From NCBI GenBank assembly GCA_044345055.1, contig JBIJBT010000031.1:1-28565 (forward strand): a stretch of DNA of 28,565 nt, written 5' to 3'. Position 1 is the stretch's first letter; every line of letters begins with the position of its first letter. The stretch comes from Bdellovibrionota bacterium (GTDB lineage Bacteria; Bdellovibrionota_C; UBA2361; OMIW01). Both the position numbers and the translations under genes were made by a program. Shown here in pieces: positions 25,911 to 28,565 of the stretch. The notes below the pieces were generated by a model. It saw only the letters and a list, made by a program, of their open reading frames with translations. It made no database searches and was not told the origin of the DNA.

Positions 25911-27818
25911 TTACGCACTATCATCGCTGTCTTCATTGTCATTAAGGCTTGCGAGAAACTGGTTAACATCCTCGGTAAATAGCGGTATGTATTTTTGATA
26001 TAAAATCTCAGCTAGTTCTTCTCTATTAAGAATACATCGTTCGGCTAAACCTTCGACGTTTTCTCCAAAACGATTCCAAAATTGATAAATCGCTGTTTGT
26101 ATGGATAGAGTCGGAACGGAAAGCTGTGAGTTCGCATTGCCATCGTTGTCCGTGTTGATAATCCTCCGATGACGATCGGTTAAGGGTTTTTTCAAACTCT
26201 CTAGCTCATCAGTCCACGAGGCTTCGATCAATCCCGAAACGACGCAAAGCTCAAGATTTTTAAGCAGAAGCATGCGAACGGAAACTTTAGTTTTCACCTG
26301 ATCTTCGGAAGAGGGGACCGAGGTCTCTATCTTAATGAAATCTCTGGCGGCGACGTATCGGTCAAACAATGCCTTGGGGTGTCCCGATCCATTACAAAAA
26401 TCGGCGAAAAGGGCACTAACGAGATTGACATGCTGGTCCTCTGAAATTTCCCAGGAATCCTCTGCATCCTCTCGCCACCGCCTAAACGCTCCTATAAATT
26501 CCGCCGATGTTGGGTTGTAAAATTCGACAGCGAAACGGCTGAGCATATTAACAACATCTATCTCAAAAGCATGCCGAAAACAGTGAAGTAGCTTATTTGG
26601 CAGCAGATTCTCCGTTATTTCAGAATCACAGAATTCCGCGAATTGATCCATCATTATATCGTGACCACCCTGAATATCTATCAGCCCTTCTTGCACCATT
26701 CTCCCATCGGTGCGGAGAGTATTGTCATAGCCTGTGACTGCGTTACTAAGATACTCTGCTGCAAGCCGAACCTCTCCCCTCAACCGTATCACCATCACGG
26801 CTTGATCTACCAAAGACTCCCCATCTAGTAGGTCCCCTAGTTCCTCTCTCACCTCCGGGATTACTTCGCCGGCCTCTGTAAAAATAGAGTTTAGGTATCT
26901 CTCGGTTCTCGGGACTCTGCTATCCGTGAGAGCGTGAGCTTTCAGCAGTAATCGGGCGGTATCGTATTTGTTAAATTCACGGCAATCTTCAATTCCATCA
27001 AGAATATCTTTTAGCAATCCCTCTCTCACCGCCACATCAAGATTGCTAATCTCTTCCTCCGGGAGAGGATATCTGCCCTGTGCTACATGAGAGGCGACAT
27101 CGAGGAAATCTACTCCTGCATCAGTCATTACTTCTTTGAGGTCGGCGATGGGCCCTGCCCGAACGAGATCTCTCAGATATCGGGAAGTATCCGGTTCTTC
27201 AACCGAGAAAATATTGTTCAAATCCCCATCGTCGGTAACAAGCAAACAAATAGCTAACGCCTCAAGATGTCTTTTGTCGAGAGTCCCGACTGGATCGAAT
27301 GAGTGTAGCGCCTGGTCAACGATATATCCTGCCCTCTCTTTCGTAATCGGCCCATCACGGAGCTCCGCGGCGACCATCGCTAGATCGCCCTGAAGGTCGA
27401 GCTTTTTTACCGCCGGCATATAGTGCATTGCGTGCTCTACTCCTGCCGCCCCAACCCGCTCTCCAAGCCGCTCCAGCGTCTCTAGTAGCTGTTCTCCCTC
27501 ACGATCAACCGCTGCTGCTTCATATTGCCTCACAAGCGTGTAGCAGGTTTCTACCGTTTTTAAGTTACCGGCTGAATACCAACCGCGGAGTTGATCGCTC
27601 ACAGGATCAATCGCCCGCATAACGATCCGAGTTGCATCCTCAAGAGCTACCGAGCCCTGATTAATATCGGCAGCAACCTCCATCATTAGGTGCTGGTCTC
27701 GCAGCTGAAACGGGTCGAGGGCGTTGGTTAGGAACTCGCCGACATTTTGGGCAAAGCTGCTCGACGATGTACCTTCAGGAATGCTCGTGATTTGATGGAT
27801 GGTCAAGGGTGCCTCCAA
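25911..27818 (-). CDS. Hypothetical acidic, probably helical protein with degenerate internal repeats
   Basis: 635-codon open frame, D/E-rich, no recognisable family motif, TM segment or signal peptide; TTG start uncertain. Confidence 0.8.
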   Translation of the reverse strand: MEAPLTIHQITSIPEGTSSSSFAQNVGEFLTNALDPFQLRDQHLMMEVAADINQGSVALEDATRIVMRAIDPVSDQLRGWYSAGNLKTVETCYTLVRQYEAAAVDREGEQLLETLERLGERVGAAGVEHAMHYMPAVKKLDLQGDLAMVAAELRDGPITKERAGYIVDQALHSFDPVGTLDKRHLEALAICLLVTDDGDLNNIFSVEEPDTSRYLRDLVRAGPIADLKEVMTDAGVDFLDVASHVAQGRYPLPEEEISNLDVAVREGLLKDILDGIEDCREFNKYDTARLLLKAHALTDSRVPRTERYLNSIFTEAGEVIPEVREELGDLLDGESLVDQAVMVIRLRGEVRLAAEYLSNAVTGYDNTLRTDGRMVQEGLIDIQGGHDIMMDQFAEFCDSEITENLLPNKLLHCFRHAFEIDVVNMLSRFAVEFYNPTSAEFIGAFRRWREDAEDSWEISEDQHVNLVSALFADFCNGSGHPKALFDRYVAARDFIKIETSVPSSEDQVKTKVSVRMLLLKNLELCVVSGLIEASWTDELESLKKPLTDRHRRIINTDNDGNANSQLSVPTLSIQTAIYQFWNRFGENVEGLAERCILNREELAEILYQKYIPLFTEDVNQFLASLNDNEDSDDSA

Positions 27819-28115
27819 GAGTAAAGCAATTTATTGGTCCCTCCAGTCCTTATTGAGGATACCGGGGCAATTGGGTCAAACTACTTCGCAACTGTTAGGT
27901 TCGTCAATTAGTAAGGAAAAAAAGTAGCCATAAAGTTCCGATTAGGGTTGGTGGAAGAATCTTCATCATCAATAGGTCTCATCCTCGATTTACTTTTTTG
28001 GTAGACGATAATTCATGGTTCCGGAATAATGTATCTCGATGCGAGCGGGGTGACAGATTGGGAGCGTTTGGCCACACTCCATGGCCGGATGTCTTCTTGA
28101 TCAAAGATTCCCCCT

Positions 28116-28289
28116 GAACCTAACAGGCTGCGAAATAAGGGGATTCGATACGTTCTACGAAAAGTTTCTGAGATTTGTAGACTTAACCACCACCCAAATT
28201 AAAAGAAGCGGTTTAGGTGGGTTGAACTGATTTGCCTGGTATGATAATCTCCTCAGCCGATAGAGGGGGATACAAAACCTGCTAGGCCC
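28116..28289 (-). ncRNA. Candidate rod-shaped structured RNA
   Basis: Three nested stems found by eye. Five positions that are mismatches on the plus strand are G.U pairs on the minus strand. Family unassigned. Confidence 0.3.
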
Positions 28290-28435
28290 CCGATGTGTCT
28301 TAACTTCCCGTTCGCAGCTTTTGGTAAAAGGCTCGCGGCTGTTGCGGATAAACACCGACGGTCATCAAAAGCCCTTCCGACAAACACGATTGTCTCGAGA
28401 GCTTTTGATGACTGATTATTACCTACTGAGGAACC

Positions 28436-28565
28436 ATGCCAGTACCAAAGAAACGAACTTCTCGTGCAAAACGTGATATGAGACGCTCGCACCATGCTCT
28501 CGTTGGGGTGCAGTTTTCGTCATGTCCATCGTGTGGCGCCCCAGTTAAATCACACCATGCTTGTC
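28436..28565 (+). CDS. rpmF: 50S ribosomal protein L32 (5' part, truncated by the window edge)
   Basis: Manual translation MPVPKKRTSRAKRDMRRSHHALVGVQFSSCPSCGAPVKSHHAC..; GAGGA upstream; Zn-ribbon form. Not in the ORF track. Confidence 0.96.
   Translation, partial: MPVPKKRTSRAKRDMRRSHHALVGVQFSSCPSCGAPVKSHHAC

Noticed and set aside
28155..28495. Minus-strand ORFs of 66 and 80 aa
   Set aside because: No motifs; one is antisense to rpmF.
1..28565. CRISPR array, rRNA, transposase or defence system
   Set aside because: No regularly spaced repeats or diagnostic motifs found by eye; subtle elements could have been missed.

Overview
Bacterial chromosomal segment, mostly housekeeping and respiratory. 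I found no transposase, integrase, phage gene or CRISPR array. From left to right: a beta-oxidation pair (fadN-type HADH/ECH fusion and thiolase), a probable decayed MFS-transporter remnant, ffh, a 240-aa orphan, two small proteins, two tRNA-Gly genes (GCC, CCC), nadC and birA. Next is a signalling block of a CHASE4-like hybrid kinase, a PP2C-cNMP fusion and an adenosine-deaminase-family enzyme. Then come a complete six-gene Alternative Complex III operon (actABCDEF), alanine racemase, a 635-aa acidic orphan with degenerate internal repeats, and the 5' part of rpmF (L32), which the ORF track missed. The most interesting observations: (1) The 240-aa orphan matches the helical pattern of flagellin D1 but has lost the D0 polymerisation ends, and it sits behind a near-consensus sigma28 promoter; related boxes precede the kinase and the phosphatase. 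(2) The ACIII variant keeps a complete FS0 cysteine motif in ActB, has an apparently non-lipidated ActE and a His/CxxC tail on ActC, and has no linked oxidase. (3) A phosphatase with a degenerate cNMP pocket lies next to an ADA-family deaminase of uncertain substrate. (4) A G.U-rich, strand-specific rod-like RNA candidate lies upstream of rpmF. All family calls come from motif recognition by eye; no searches were run.
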